This document shows, piece by piece, positions 1-11,843 of a DNA stretch of 64,000 nt. Source of the stretch: Eledone cirrhosa (taxonomy: Eukaryota). The notes under the pieces are model-generated. The model saw only the letters and a program-made list of their open reading frames with translations. It made no database searches and was not told the DNA's origin. The translations under genes were made by a program, and so were the position numbers. The stretch spans positions 73,718,001 to 73,782,000 of the forward strand of contig OZ024742.1 of NCBI GenBank assembly GCA_964016885.1. Reading direction: 5' to 3'. Within the stretch, counting starts at the first letter, position 1. Every line of letters begins with the position of its first letter.

Positions 1-707
1 TCATCCGGCGAAACTCTTCAATTCAAAATGTCTGGGCCGAGCTGATTAGTAATAAATAAGTTAAAACTTTTCTCCCTATCTGGATTGAATTTGGGTGAAT
101 CCTGGCAAATAGATGCAAGTCACTCTTGAAATTGTACACTAAAACATCAATAAACACAATTTGGAAATGTATTCAATGTCTCTTTTCTAATTCTGTTAAT
201 TATGTTTGAAGCTAGCCATTTTTGTTTTTTTGCTTTTGTCATATACATTTTATTCACAGTTGTATAAATAACATTACAAATTGTTTTGTATTACATTTTT
301 GATGGTTTTTAAACTGCTGTAGTTATTGTTGCTGTTGGTGTAATAAATGGGAATGAGAGGTTATAAGGTAAGCTTGCCTCATATTAGGTACTTCTATTTA
401 TCTCTGGATTCCATGATGAAATCCGTCTTCCTCTCATGATCTTGCGATGGAAACAAATTAATTTCAATATATAATGTATCTTATAATTTTCTGACATTTG
501 CAAATATGGCTGTTCCCATAACATAAAATGTTGTTTCAATACATGTTTCCAAGAATTTTCAGTCTTATCAAAAGATTTCTGTGTCCATGTATGTGTGTAT
601 GTACATGTATGTTTGCATATGTTTGTAAGTAGTTAAGTATGTATGTTTGATATATGTATCTATGTATGTATGCATATGTGTGTGAGTATAAGTAGATAAG
701 TATGTGT

Positions 708-1028
708 GAAGGTGCGTAGCTTCGTAGTTAGGGTATTCAGCTCACAATTGTAAGGTCATGAGTTCGATTCCTGGCAGCGCTCTGTATCCTTGAGCAAGAC
801 ACTTTATTTCACATTGCTCCAGTCCACTCAGCTGGCAAAAATAAGTTGCACCTGTAATTAGAAGGAGCAGCCTTGTCACATTCTGTGTCATGCTGAATTT
901 CTCTGGGAATTACGTTAAAGGCACGCCTGTTTGTAGAATGCTCAGCCACTTGCACGTTAATTTCACAAGCAGGCTGTTCTGTTAATCATATCAACAGGAA
1001 TACTCATCGTCGTAATCAACGGAGTGCT
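708..1028 (+). mobile_element. tRNA-derived SINE, family A
   Basis: A-box-like start, B-box GAGTTCGATTCC, then CCTTGAGCAAGACACTTTATTTCAC body; related copies at 11.0, 15.3, 18.3, 33.2 and 61.0 kb. Confidence 0.85.
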
Positions 1029-1144
1029 AGTTCAACTGCAATATATGTATGTATTTAAGCAGAGAATTGTGTGTGGGAATTTTATTTTTGGTTCCATTTT
1101 ATACCAGGTTCAACATCCATACTGAGGCTCTCATATTAGTTTAA

Positions 1145-1466
1145 ATGTGGTACTGTAGTGTTCTATATTGTATTGCAGTGTGGTACTGTACTGTGCTGTA
1201 TTGTAGTGTGGTACTGTACTGTATTGTAGTGTTTGGACTGCTGTATTGTAGTGTGGTACTGTACTGTATTGTATTATACTGTTCTGTATTGCACTGTATT
1301 GTATTATACTATACTCTATTATATTATATTGGATTGTACTATACTGTACTGTACTTTATTGTATTGTATTGTACTTTACTGTTCTGTATTGTGCTGTACT
1401 ATACTGGCTGTAGAGTACTCTACTGTATTGTAGTATACTATACTGTACTGTACTATATAGCACTGT
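1145..1466. repeat. Degenerate (TGTAC/TGTAT)n pentanucleotide repeat
   Basis: 5-bp periodicity; explains the VLYC-rich ORFs. Confidence 0.9.
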
Positions 1467-1659
1467 GTCCTTTGCTGAACCCGGATTGATGAACATTTAT
1501 TTTCACATCAGAACACGCACGTATTCAATTGAAGAAAGTTGGTTGATTGAAAATCTGCCGACTTTTTCTTAACGGAGTAAAGCACTCCATGGTTTTAGTT
1601 CATCCGGAGTTTTATAATAACAAACAAGAAAGGCGGTTCCATTTGACCATCCCTATTTA

Positions 1660-1731
1660 TTTTGTTATGCGTATTTCAAAGACGTAAGGCAGTTGTATAA
1701 CAACTCCCCTACGTGTTCGCTTCAGAAAAAA
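1660..1731 (-). ncRNA. Degenerate type I hammerhead ribozyme
   Basis: Minus strand: TTTTTT CTGAAGC [stem II] GAAA TACGCAT A ACAAAA; copy of 2711-2782 with core A9>C and a stem III change. Confidence 0.7.
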
Positions 1732-2093
1732 TCCAAACGAGATGTAAAGTTCCATTGTTATGTTACCAATCATACATGTTATTCCCTTCACCGACCAGTA
1801 AGCATATGTCCGAAATTTTCAAGTAGAAGTTCTTATGTGTGGGGGATAGATATTCCAGTTGGTGTATCTGCTTGTGAACTGGCTGGGGTATCAAGTTACC
1901 AGATTGGTCGCTTGATTCCCAGCGAGGTATGTATAAATTGTTAGTCCATTTTTATTTTTTTACTATATTTTATTCACTTAGATACTAATTCTAATTTTAG
2001 ATATTTGTACTTTGATGCTGATGTTATAATGTATCTATATATTAATGAATGTTTAATTAATTATTTTGTGGTCTATTTAACATTATTTAAGTG

Positions 2094-2384
2094 TTAACTA
2101 TATACTCTACGAAATGTCTTATTAATTTTGTGTAAACAAGAATTAGAAATTTCAGAGCGTTTATTAATAATTTTATGTCTACTATTTATGATGTGTAGAG
2201 CCTCTGTAGTACAGAAGTCACACCCGCTAGATATAGATCCATTTATATATGGAAAAGCATCTGAGAGTTTTGACCAAGAAAGGGAGTATTCCACTAGTTT
2301 ATTTTTTAGTGACCAAATCAGCTCTTTTAAATGAGTGGCGATGGTTGTACCACCTTTCCTTAAATCTAGTAGAAGTTGCACCAA
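2094..2384 (-). pseudogene. Penelope-like (Hydra-clade-like) GIY-YIG endonuclease C-terminal fragment
   Basis: IWSLKNKLVEYSLSWSKLSDAFPY...CDFCTTEALHII...INKRSEISNSCLH matches the IWxLK...IxW...CxLCxxEK...LNKRxE...CRH ending of these PLEs. Confidence 0.75.
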
Positions 2385-2710
2385 TAAGTCTTACTACTCA
2401 TTTTCATTTCACATTCATAAACAATATTTTTCTCTAAACAGCTATTTTTCATTGGGCAACTATTATGATCTCTGTAATTGCAATTATTTACGTTACCATT
2501 CATTGTTCCCTCCTTGTGTCTATGTGTCCGTTGGTTTATCTCATTTATGTTAATGGTGTTTTCCCTGTTATTCAAGTTGCTGTTTACTCTATCGGTGTGT
2601 CTGTGCTTGCTATTGTGAGTTATCTCTTTATGTTTAATTCCCGGATTTCTGCTACTTGAGAATTTCGGACATATGCTTATTGGTCGGCGAAGGGAATAAC
2701 ACGTTTGGAT

Positions 2711-2782
2711 TTTTGTCTGAAGAGAACACGTAGGGCAGTTGTTATACAACAGCCTTACGTCTTTGAAATACGTATAACAAAA
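2711..2782 (+). ncRNA. Type I hammerhead ribozyme, intact core
   Basis: Stem I TTTTGT/ACAAAA; CTGAAGA 2717-2723; stem II ACGTAGGGC/GCCTTACGT; GAAA 2765-2768; palindromic stem III ATACGTAT; AUA cleavage after 2776. Confidence 0.88.
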
Positions 2783-2808
2783 TATATAGGGATGTACAAA
2801 TGAAACCG

Positions 2809-2971
2809 TGTTTCGTCCGGGCCAGTTGGTTGGTGAATGCAGCGCTTCTTAGAGGGACGGGCGGCAAAAAGCCGCACGAGGTGGAGCGATAGCAGGTCTG
2901 TGATGCCCTTAGATATCCGGGCCCGCACGCGCGCTACACTCGAGGTATCAGCGGGTGCCACTCACCCGATT
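2809..2971 (+). rRNA. 18S rRNA fragment (retroposed pseudogene, V7-V8 region)
   Basis: GCTTCTTAGAGGGAC (2844), CAGGTCTGTGATGCCCTTAGAT (2893) and GCACGCGCGCTACACT are conserved eukaryotic SSU motifs in the right order; 2809-2843 assigned by adjacency only. Confidence 0.88.
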
Positions 2972-3906
2972 CAGGCGCTCACAGCCCTCGACCAGTCGGG
3001 CAATGCGATCGGTGGAAACTCCACCTTGGCGTTCTATAGAGGGTTAGTGGAGGGAAAGAGCGACGACGCCCTTAGGGAGACTGGCTAGTTGATTTTCGTC
3101 GACACCCAATCTCTTCGGGAGAACTTTCGGGCCGTGGCCCATGGACAACTTCCAGAAATCCCTGGCCTGGCAATGCTACCGAGGAGCTTTGCCAGTTCGG
3201 GATAAACTCTACAGGTATGGAAGTGCCGTCAGCCGGGCATGTCCGAGATGCGAACAGGGCGACGAAACCGTCCTGCACGCACTCGTCCAGTGTCCGAGCA
3301 TTGCTGACTTGTGGCTTTATGTCGAACACCTGCTGACGCGTGTAGGACGGATCCGGCTATCAGCTGAGTCCCTCGTGAGGATTGCTCCGCCGCCTTCCTT
3401 TAGCCGGGAAGGGCAGGCAGTTTTTATCTGCCTGGTGGCCATGGTAAAAGAGATCGTATGGTGGACACGTCTGAAAGGGTTGAAGACGGGTACTTTCCTC
3501 TTCGGTGACGCCTCCATTAACTTTTTCAAGTTTCGCCTGAAAAGGAAAATCAGGGTGGAGAGGGACGTGCTGCCTTCCAGCCACTTTGTTGAAAGGTGGG
3601 TGAGAGAGGCAAGACGGGCCTACCCTGAGCGTGTGCTTGTAGCATCGTAGGAGGAAAACTGGAAGAGGGTACTTACCCTAGCGGTCAGGGTAACCGTGGC
3701 TTTTTTGTGGGCTTTCTCCACGAGCGACCCTCGGAAGTCTCCGCCTTATTGGGGAATTTTTCATTGTTTCTTCTTTTTGTTACATCCTCTGTTTTTTTTT
3801 TTTTTGTTTTTTTACACGCAGAAATGCCCATTTGTACCGTCCTGTATTGTCCCGTGTTGTCCTTAATGTTATACTTTGTGTCAACCCTTGTGGTTAATAA
3901 AGAAAG

Positions 3907-3939
<33 letters not shown>
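2972..3939 (+). mobile_element. 5'-truncated L1/Tx1-type LINE (zf-RVT C-terminus, 3' UTR, (ATT)n tail)
   Basis: FQKSLAWQCYRGALPV...CPRC...ETVLHALVQC, homologous to the 53916-55946 ORF; AATAAA near 3896 then (ATT)n. Confidence 0.9.
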
Positions 3940-3941
<2 letters not shown>

Positions 3942-5606
3942 GCGCGCGGACATAATGGAAATACTCGGTTGAGTATCCAAGCGCGTGTATATAGGAAATT
4001 GACTAAATATCACAACAGACTTTTTTCACTCATCTACTTTTTTACCTTTTTATTGACTTGATAATACGCTGGCTCAGCCCTTCCAGTTTTCTACTTACTG
4101 TTGTATGTGATATTACACTGAGTTTAGAAGCTCTCATACATTCTTGTAACCTTGTTGTGTTTGTCTCTAGGTGCACATTATATTGCTAATGGTAGTAAGC
4201 AATCTTTTGTCTCAAATTGAATCTAAATCTCCCAGATACTGTTGAAGATCAACAAGAGATTCTCTTCATAGTTACTTGATTAGCTAGAAATAGTATTCTA
4301 ATCGCTATAAAAATACACCCTTAAAAAAAAAAAAATCGGACTTTTTTCTAAAAGTTCAAGAATAATCTCAGATATCCCTAAGAAGACAGGATGGTTAAAG
4401 ATTGAAACACTTTTTTGATCATAGTTCTGTTTGATCAAGGCTGGCATGGGGTTAAACTATTGCACTAAGTCCAACAATGATAAGTTCAACATATACTCTA
4501 TTAATGTACCCTAATACACAATAACGGTGAATGTTTTTTTCTTATGAGTTTTATTGCGGAAGAAACAAACTAAATTTTCACATCTGGCTTGACATATAAA
4601 CGTGTTTTGTTTTAAACTCCAGTCTAAATTGGTGTGTGAACTTTCTGAAAGTGGAAGTGTTTATAATTTCAATATATCTTACAAGGATTTCACATAATTA
4701 TATTGCTATATTGTCAAACTCTGATCACTTACAAAAAAATATCACACGTAAAGAATGAATTATGATACCATGTCATTTAAAAGTGACTATTCAGAATCTA
4801 TATTTAGTACAATTGCTTGATAAAATACAGAATCAAACGCGTTATCTAGTTGTGAATGAGCTCTTTTCTATCATTGACGGAATGATGGGTCTGGTAACTC
4901 TTCTACTGCTACTTCCATGGGTGTCCAGAGAAGATTCCTTCCCATACTCCACCTATCTTAACTAGATTTTACCAAATTTAGTGAATTACATAATAATAAT
5001 AATGAAAATATTATGCATAGTGCTCAGGTGCACTACAACTCATCAAAAGTGTATGTATAGTACATAGGGTAATGTACAAACGTCTTCGCGAAATAAATAT
5101 GTATGTATATACTTGTGTAATATTGATGGACGTGAAAAAGAGCACTTAATACCAAAGTAGAGTTTAAATATCTTTATTATGGTTAAGTGGTGAGTTTTGT
5201 TACTCTGAAGTTCCATCTGTGTACTCATAGGATAATCAGACATAATGTATGTATATAGAGAGTTTTTGATGTATCAATGTTACTCCAACCATTTCACTAA
5301 CACTTTGCAGAGAAGTTGTTTACTGTTCGGCCATTGTTTGGGTGGGAGATAATCAGTAAATAGAAACTATAACTAATACACATACGATTAACACTTAAGC
5401 ACAGGATTTTAGCTTCTTTGAGTCAAGAACACATTACACATTTCTGTGCGCGTGTGTTTTACTATGTATTTTTTTGCCGGTGGATATCGACGAAAGGCCG
5501 TATGTGTGCTGATGCCCATCTTTTTCTGTCAAGGGGTCTTATATGTCCCGAAATTAGATTAGTTTCTTTAGTAAAAAATACGGCGAAATCTTCTAATTCT
5601 AATTCA

Positions 5607-5642
<36 letters not shown>

Positions 5643-5994
5643 CAAATTCCAGCAGAGAGCATGTGGAGGAAGCACTGTCCTGAACGAGAAACGCGTTGGC
5701 AGTTGTCTCCCCACTGCTTCTTTTGGAATCCGCTAGATGGCGCAAGCCGTCAGCTTTCCAATATTCATAGCTAAAAGTCTTTCCAAATGTTTATTCGTAA
5801 ACATACCGTATATCATTAGATATACAGAATTCCCATACCCTGACTCGCTACTAACTAATAAATATCGACCTAATAAGCCAACAGTTTGTCTCATCCTCCA
5901 AACCAGTTTTTACGTCTAAAGTTGCCCAGATTCTATTAGGTCTACTGTACAATATACCCTATATGCAACTGCCTCACACTTGCGTGCTTCTAAG

Positions 5995-6124
<130 letters not shown>

Positions 6125-6151
6125 ACGCCACAGAACTTATCCAAAGACGAA

Positions 6152-6272
6152 TCCTCTGATGATTGATTCACGTCTCCCGTAACTTTACCAAATCGGTAGT
6201 TGGTGATCGATGATCGATTGCTTAGATCGATTTTTGTTATGGTTTACGAATCTTGAAATGGTACCACAAGGA
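6152..6272 (+). ncRNA. Degenerate type I hammerhead ribozyme with long stem II insert
   Basis: TCCT CTGATGA ttGATTC...GAATCtt GAAA TGGTACCA C A AGGA; palindromic stem III with U16.1>C. Confidence 0.6.
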
Positions 6273-6917
6273 AAGAACTTTTCACCTTAAAGTAAGTATT
6301 TTTTCTTAAATATTATGTGCTTTATATATATATACAAAATACTATGTGTTACTCAAACGATATATGGCTCTTTCTCTCTCTATATATATACATATCTTTT
6401 AATTATATATAAAGAATTAGAGGGACACAAGTGTGAGGCTGTTGTATATAGGAAATATTGTAGACCTTATCGAATGTGGGCAACTTTAGACGTATAAACT
6501 GGTTTAGGGGATGAGACAAAACCGTTGGCTTAGGTCGATAGTTATTAGTTAGTAGCGAGTCATGGTAGAGGAGCCTATTGGCCTTTTAATGATAAAGAGC
6601 GAGTCAAGATATAGGAAGCCTATTCGCCTCTCACTGATGTAGGGAGAGCCTTCATAAAGGAAGCTTAATTGTCTCTAAATGATGTGGTGTGAGCCAGGGT
6701 AGCATTTGGCTCTAAATGTACACACGAGGCGACTTAAATTCATCGCTGCAAATTGATGAAAGTAGAGTGAAACTGACGTTAGTTGGTCTTAATTAAACAG
6801 ACTGTATGTCTTCAGTGAAACGACAAGTCCTGATCTATTAATCTATATACCTTACCCCCATCTAGTTTAGCTCCCCAAACTATTGCAGTGCTCCAATATG
6901 CAGTGTTTTATTGTATA

Positions 6918-7492
6918 CTAGCTGACGTACTCTGCTTCACCCGGGTAAACAGATAATAAGAGAAGACATGTAAAAAAAGAAAACGGCTGTATTGAATGAG
7001 TTGTCTGGTTTGTAGCATGAGGCGAGACCGTGGTGTGTGTGTGACAAAAAAAAAAAAAACAGTAAAAAACTTCCAGATATACAAAATTCTTCGTTTTACC
7101 TTTCGTGCATAGTATATGAAGATTTCTAGGTGTTCCCACTCTTGAACCACCTACATATAACAGCTCATGGGTAAAAAGCGATTCTCTTGTATTCAATTCT
7201 ACAATTTTGAAATTCTGAGCTTGAGCGTTATTTATGGACATAGGAAAATTGGCTCTAATTGGGAACTGAAGTCTTGAGAATCTGAATAACAGCTCGGTAG
7301 AGGAAGGGATAAGAGGAATCTTTAGAATAAATGCATTTTCTCTTTGATGATTGCCTCCAAAAATAGTGACTTCTAGGAAATGGTTCATCTTCCACCTGAC
7401 TGTAAAGCGTGTCATTTCATAGACGTGACTGGTCTACGTTTCTCAAAAGGATGATGGAAGTTCCAATCTTTTATATTATATATAGATATAGA
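6918..7492 (-). mobile_element. Internally deleted Helitron with both termini
   Basis: 5' TCTATATCTATATATAAT; Pif1 C-terminus FPIRANFPMSINNAQAQ...LFTHELLYVGGSRV...GKTKNFVY; 3' CCCGGGTGAAGCAGAGTACGTCAGCTAG followed by T. Confidence 0.82.
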
Positions 7493-7591
7493 TATATTTG
7501 TTTTGCAAGGTTTTTGATATGAAATCGTGAGTTGAAACAAATATTGTTATATTTGGGGTTGGGCATATTGTTATAATATTGTCAGAAATAA

Positions 7592-7777
7592 TTGTTTCTA
7601 CTTTTGGCACAAGGCCAGCAATTACTCAGTGATTTACTGGCACTTTATTTTATCAACCCCGTAAGGATGAAAAGCAAAGTTAACCTCGACGGGATTTGAA
7701 CTCAGACCGTAAAGGGACGTAACTATGCTGGAAAGCATGGCGTCCGATCCTCTACTGTACTGCCAATTCACCGCCCT
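7592..7777 (-). mobile_element. tRNA-derived SINE, family B
   Basis: Reverse complement of the 60381-60570 type; imperfect direct repeat of about 27 bp (CATATTrTTATAATATTGyCAGAAATAA) on both sides. Confidence 0.88.
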
Positions 7778-8204
7778 CATATTATTATAATATTGCCAGA
7801 AATAATAATAGAACACACTCACTGTTTAGTTTTGGCTGGTTTTCGCTTCTGTATCTTTTATATCTCCATAGTTAATTTATCTAGCAATAAACTAGCATTC
7901 GAATCGGTGATGCTGGCCTCGAAACACGATCATCACTGACAACGAACGCGCTGAATCTTTGATTCCCAACCTGCTAGAAATAGCAGTCAGGCTGGTTAGC
8001 ATAACCGGGATGTTTTTCTTCTTCTTTGAGTATCAATAAACCTTCCTGGATATACCCTTATTCCATTGCTGTATTTACTTTTCGATTGTCACTTTTCGTT
8101 TTTGTGTGATGTGCGAAGAAACCAACCAACAAACAAACATCTCTCTTTTATGTTATAGACATTGTAGAGTGGCAGGTAAAGCACGTGCTCTTTTCTGTTC
8201 AGCT

Positions 8205-8364
8205 CAGGGCCGTCTTAACGCATGGGCACGCTGGGCAGTTGCCCGGGTGGCCCCACGAGGATAGGGGGCCCATTTGTATTTTTATTCCTGTGAGTGGTTG
8301 TGTAGGTAGGGGCCCCAGTGCTCTGCTTTGCCCGGGGGCCTGTAATGCTGTTAAGACGGCCCTG
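8205..8364. mobile_element. hAT-type MITE (160 bp)
   Basis: 15-bp TIR CAGGGCCGTCTTAAC; 8-bp TSD GTTCAGCT at 8197-8204 and 8365-8372. Confidence 0.92.
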
Positions 8365-8399
8365 GTTCAGCTTATTTATACTTTTTCTCTGTATGTTCT

Positions 8400-9990
8400 G
8401 CTCAGGTGAGACTGGCAATGAGGGCTCAGTTAGAGTGTAACTGCAGCTGTTTCTCTGCTCTTATTGGTGCTCTGTATTTTAAATCGGTGCCTGTTATTGG
8501 ATCTCTGTATTTTACACGATGTTTGGTGACGGCGAGGCTATTCATGCTACTATCTTTATGTGTATGTGTTATTTGTTTAATGTTTGCCTTGGTTAACTGG
8601 GGGAGATAGTGTTATTAGAGGAGTCTTATAGATGTGTGTTTAGAGTTATGTAGATGATCTGGATTGAGTGGGATGGATACTGCTTAGATAGTGGTTTTGT
8701 ATTAGGGCGTGCAGTGGAATAGAAGACATTGGAAAAGTTAGTTCACTACTGCAACAAATGGTGCTCATAACCTGTGGTCTTGCAGTTTGTGATGCGTAGT
8801 TATGGTTTATATAACCTGTAATGATGGATCTACTGCATTGTTTATATACTGTTGTTTCTTCCTCTTATCCCAATGTTAACAAGTGTTTTGTTCTGTGAGT
8901 ATTCAATGTAATTCCTTGCATTTTTGTCAAAGTGTAAGTGATACATTTATTTTATTGAGTAAGAAGGTTAACCATATTTCATGGTCTCTGGTATTGCTGG
9001 TAAGAAGGGAGACGGCATATATGTTGTATACTACTTTAAATTGTTGTTTTTGACCAACCCTGATCTAGCACGCTTATAATCAAAGGTGTCCTAGCCTTAT
9101 AATGATTCTCTTTTTTCCTCACCTAAATGTGAATACATTTTTGGCTTTTTGCTAAAGATTTCCATGGGGAGGAACATTTAAATGAGTCTTTAGATTTATT
9201 TTTGAAGCTAGTTCGAAGAAAGATTGGTTCAATTGGGCTGTATTTATCCAAGATACACTGCATAAACAGTATCCAGACGACACTGGAGAGTCAAGGGAAA
9301 AATTAAGTGAAGTGAAATGACTTTTCTAGCAGATTCAGTGACAACCTTAAAATTCTCTCGTCTATTTTTAGTATATTAAGTTGGTGTAATGCTGGAGGTG
9401 TTCTTCAACCGTGCCAAGAGAATAATAGAAACATGTGGAACATGTGGCTCTGATGTCATCAGTGTATGAGGTTGTGTGTATATTTCATGGGGTAGTTTGT
9501 TATGTTATGTATGTGTAAGAGTGGGTGAGAGGACGGATCATTGTTGTACGCCATTGCAGATTTTTAGATATGTTGCACTTTACAATAGACTTGACTACTT
9601 GAAAGATAGTTCGCTACCAGCCACTTTGTTATTCTTCATGGAAGTGGTGTTATTAATGATAGTCAAAATAGCTGGTTTTGGGGAGTTTTATTGTTGAAGC
9701 CGCCATGTATTAATTGACTAAGGTTTATGAGTAGTGTGGTGGTTGAATTTTATGGTCTGAGTTCTTATTGTGAGACTGGGAAAGAAGAATGTGTGTGTTT
9801 GTAATTTCAAAGATTAGTTTTATTATAATTGTTGAAGGTGAATACAGGAGGATGATGGGTCTGAGTGATGCTGTCTCGTTTGTGTTTTTATCAGACTTTC
9901 AAATAGCTATAATTTTGTCTATATTTAGGGGGTTTAGTGGTGTTAGCAAGAAATATTGGTGAGTAATAATTCCTTTAGGCCCTATATATG
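8400..9990 (-). pseudogene. Heavily degraded LINE reverse transcriptase
   Basis: Minus strand KIIAI*KSDK...SLRPIILL (about 9920-9850), NGVQQ*SVLSPTL (9555-9517), SYTDDI (9469-9452), in RT motif order. Confidence 0.7.
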
Positions 9991-10445
9991 TGTGGCACAT
10001 ATTTGGGATTTTCTGAAGTCCGGGGTTTGACGGTTTCCTTCTCCGTTGATTTCCTGGCGTCTAATGAAAACAGGGTTTTGACCAGCCAAACTCCACCAAA
10101 CCACATCTTACTGTATTAAAAAATGGGTAAAATACATTGGATAATAAATTCTTGAATGTATTATAACGTTAAAAAAAGACGAGATTGTCGCGACTGCAAT
10201 GATGTCGAACGAGGAAAAGTTGATACAGAAAGGACATAAATTTAGACATACAACCCTTCAAAGTCTAAGTGAAAAATAAATTTACTATATCAATCGTTAA
10301 AAAAAAGTACTGTTGATTACTCTATCTAGTGATTAGAATTTATAACTGTGTTTTGGCAAAATAATCTTGACGTTCTGTAAAAGTGACTACATTAGTCAGA
10401 TCTAGAAGTCAAGCAGATTTATCCCAACTTATCTAACTGTCCCTA

Positions 10446-10860
10446 ATAATAATTGTCTCTACTTTTGGCACAAGGCCAGCAATTATCGCAGTACATTACT
10501 GGTACTTTATTTTATCGACCCCGTAAGGATGAAAGGCAAAGTTAACCTCGGCAGGATTTGAATTCAGACCGTAAAGGGCCGTAACTCTATGCTGGAAAGC
10601 ATGGCGTTCGACCCTCTACCGATACTGCCAATCCACTGTCCCTAATAATGATGGTTTCTAATTTATACCCAAGACCAGCAATTTTGAAGGGAGGGAAAAT
10701 CAATTATACCGACCTTCAGTATTTAATTGGTATTTTATTTTATCGACCCCGGACGGATGAAAGGCATGGTTGACCTCGACAGGATTTGAAATTAGAGCGT
10801 AAAGAGCTGTAATTAAATGCCACAACTCAATTTGTTCGACGCTCTAACGATTCTGCGAAT
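10446..10860 (-). mobile_element. Two tandem family-B SINE copies
   Basis: TTTTATCGACCCCG...GGATGAAAGGC...GGATTTGAA motif twice (10446-10643, about 10650-10860). Confidence 0.85.
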
Positions 10861-11004
10861 AATGGTTTCTGATTTAGACACAAGGCCAGCAATGTTTGGG
10901 GAGAGGAAAGTCAATCAATCAGTTATGAGGCACCGTGTCTGTCAGATAGAAGCTGCAATGTGTTTATCAATGAGTCTTCGTCTTGCTTGTATAAAACACG
11001 AGGA

Positions 11005-11340
11005 TACAAGATGCTGGAATGGTTAAGAAGCTTGCATTCCAATCTTGAGGTTCTGGGTTTGGTTTCACTGCATGGTCTCTTGGATGTGTATTTATTACTA
11101 CAACCTCAGGTTGACCAAAACCTTGTGACTGAAATTGGGTAGACTCAAATTGTGTGGATGGATTGTAACCGTTATTCAAAAGGCAGCCCTTGTCACACCC
11201 CGTTTTACACTGAATCTCCCTGAGATTTATGTTAAGGGTACTCGTATTTGTGGAATATTTGATCACTTACACGTTAATTTAACGAGGGGGCTATTCGGTT
11301 GATAGACTAGATCACTCATCGTCGAAACCGACGGAAATCC
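11005..11340 (+). mobile_element. Diverged family-A SINE
   Basis: GGCAGCCCTTGTCACA...CACGTTAATTT...CTCATCGTCGAAACCGACGG 3' half shared with 708-1028. Confidence 0.7.
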
Positions 11341-11843
11341 ATTTATGTTTTATATAACGTAGCCTGAAGTATTGCATGGCTTCCTAGTTGGTAAGGGCAT
11401 TGTGATCTCTATTACATGGATTAAGACTCTATGTATGTAAACAGGACACACTTCAATTTCAATGGATCATACCACATAGCTGTAAATATGTCTCATGGTA
11501 CACCGCTTACTGTTGGCGTCTGACGACATGAAAGGTATACATGTTATGAGTCTTGCAGTAAGTAGCGCGAGCGTCTTTTGCGGTGTTTTGTTGTACATCC
11601 CCATTTTTAGTTATTGCTCGCACCAACCTGAGGTATATGATTTTTAATGCGATGAAATACCAATGATGGTTGGAAAATCACTGACGAAGGACTATTTTTA
11701 TCATATGTAACCCATGTGCAACCACGCAGTATTCTTCTTTCTTCTCATGTTTTATATATATATATATATATATATAATGTGTGTGTGTGTAACTTTTATC
11801 TTGTCTTCTGTGTTGTATAAATTTCAACTTACATATATATATC

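Larger units (their letters stand above)
1634..2808 (-). mobile_element. Truncated Penelope-like element with inverted pseudo-LTRs
   Basis: Inverted repeat about 1634-1828 / 2648-2808, each arm with a hammerhead core, enclosing a minus-strand GIY-YIG C-terminal remnant. Confidence 0.8.

Noticed and set aside
2837-3088. ORF reading from the 18S fragment into the LINE
   Set aside because: Chance frame continuity; it stops within the degraded LINE
11515-11545. CTGACGA CAT GAAA
   Set aside because: Only 3 nt for stem II and no stem I pairing
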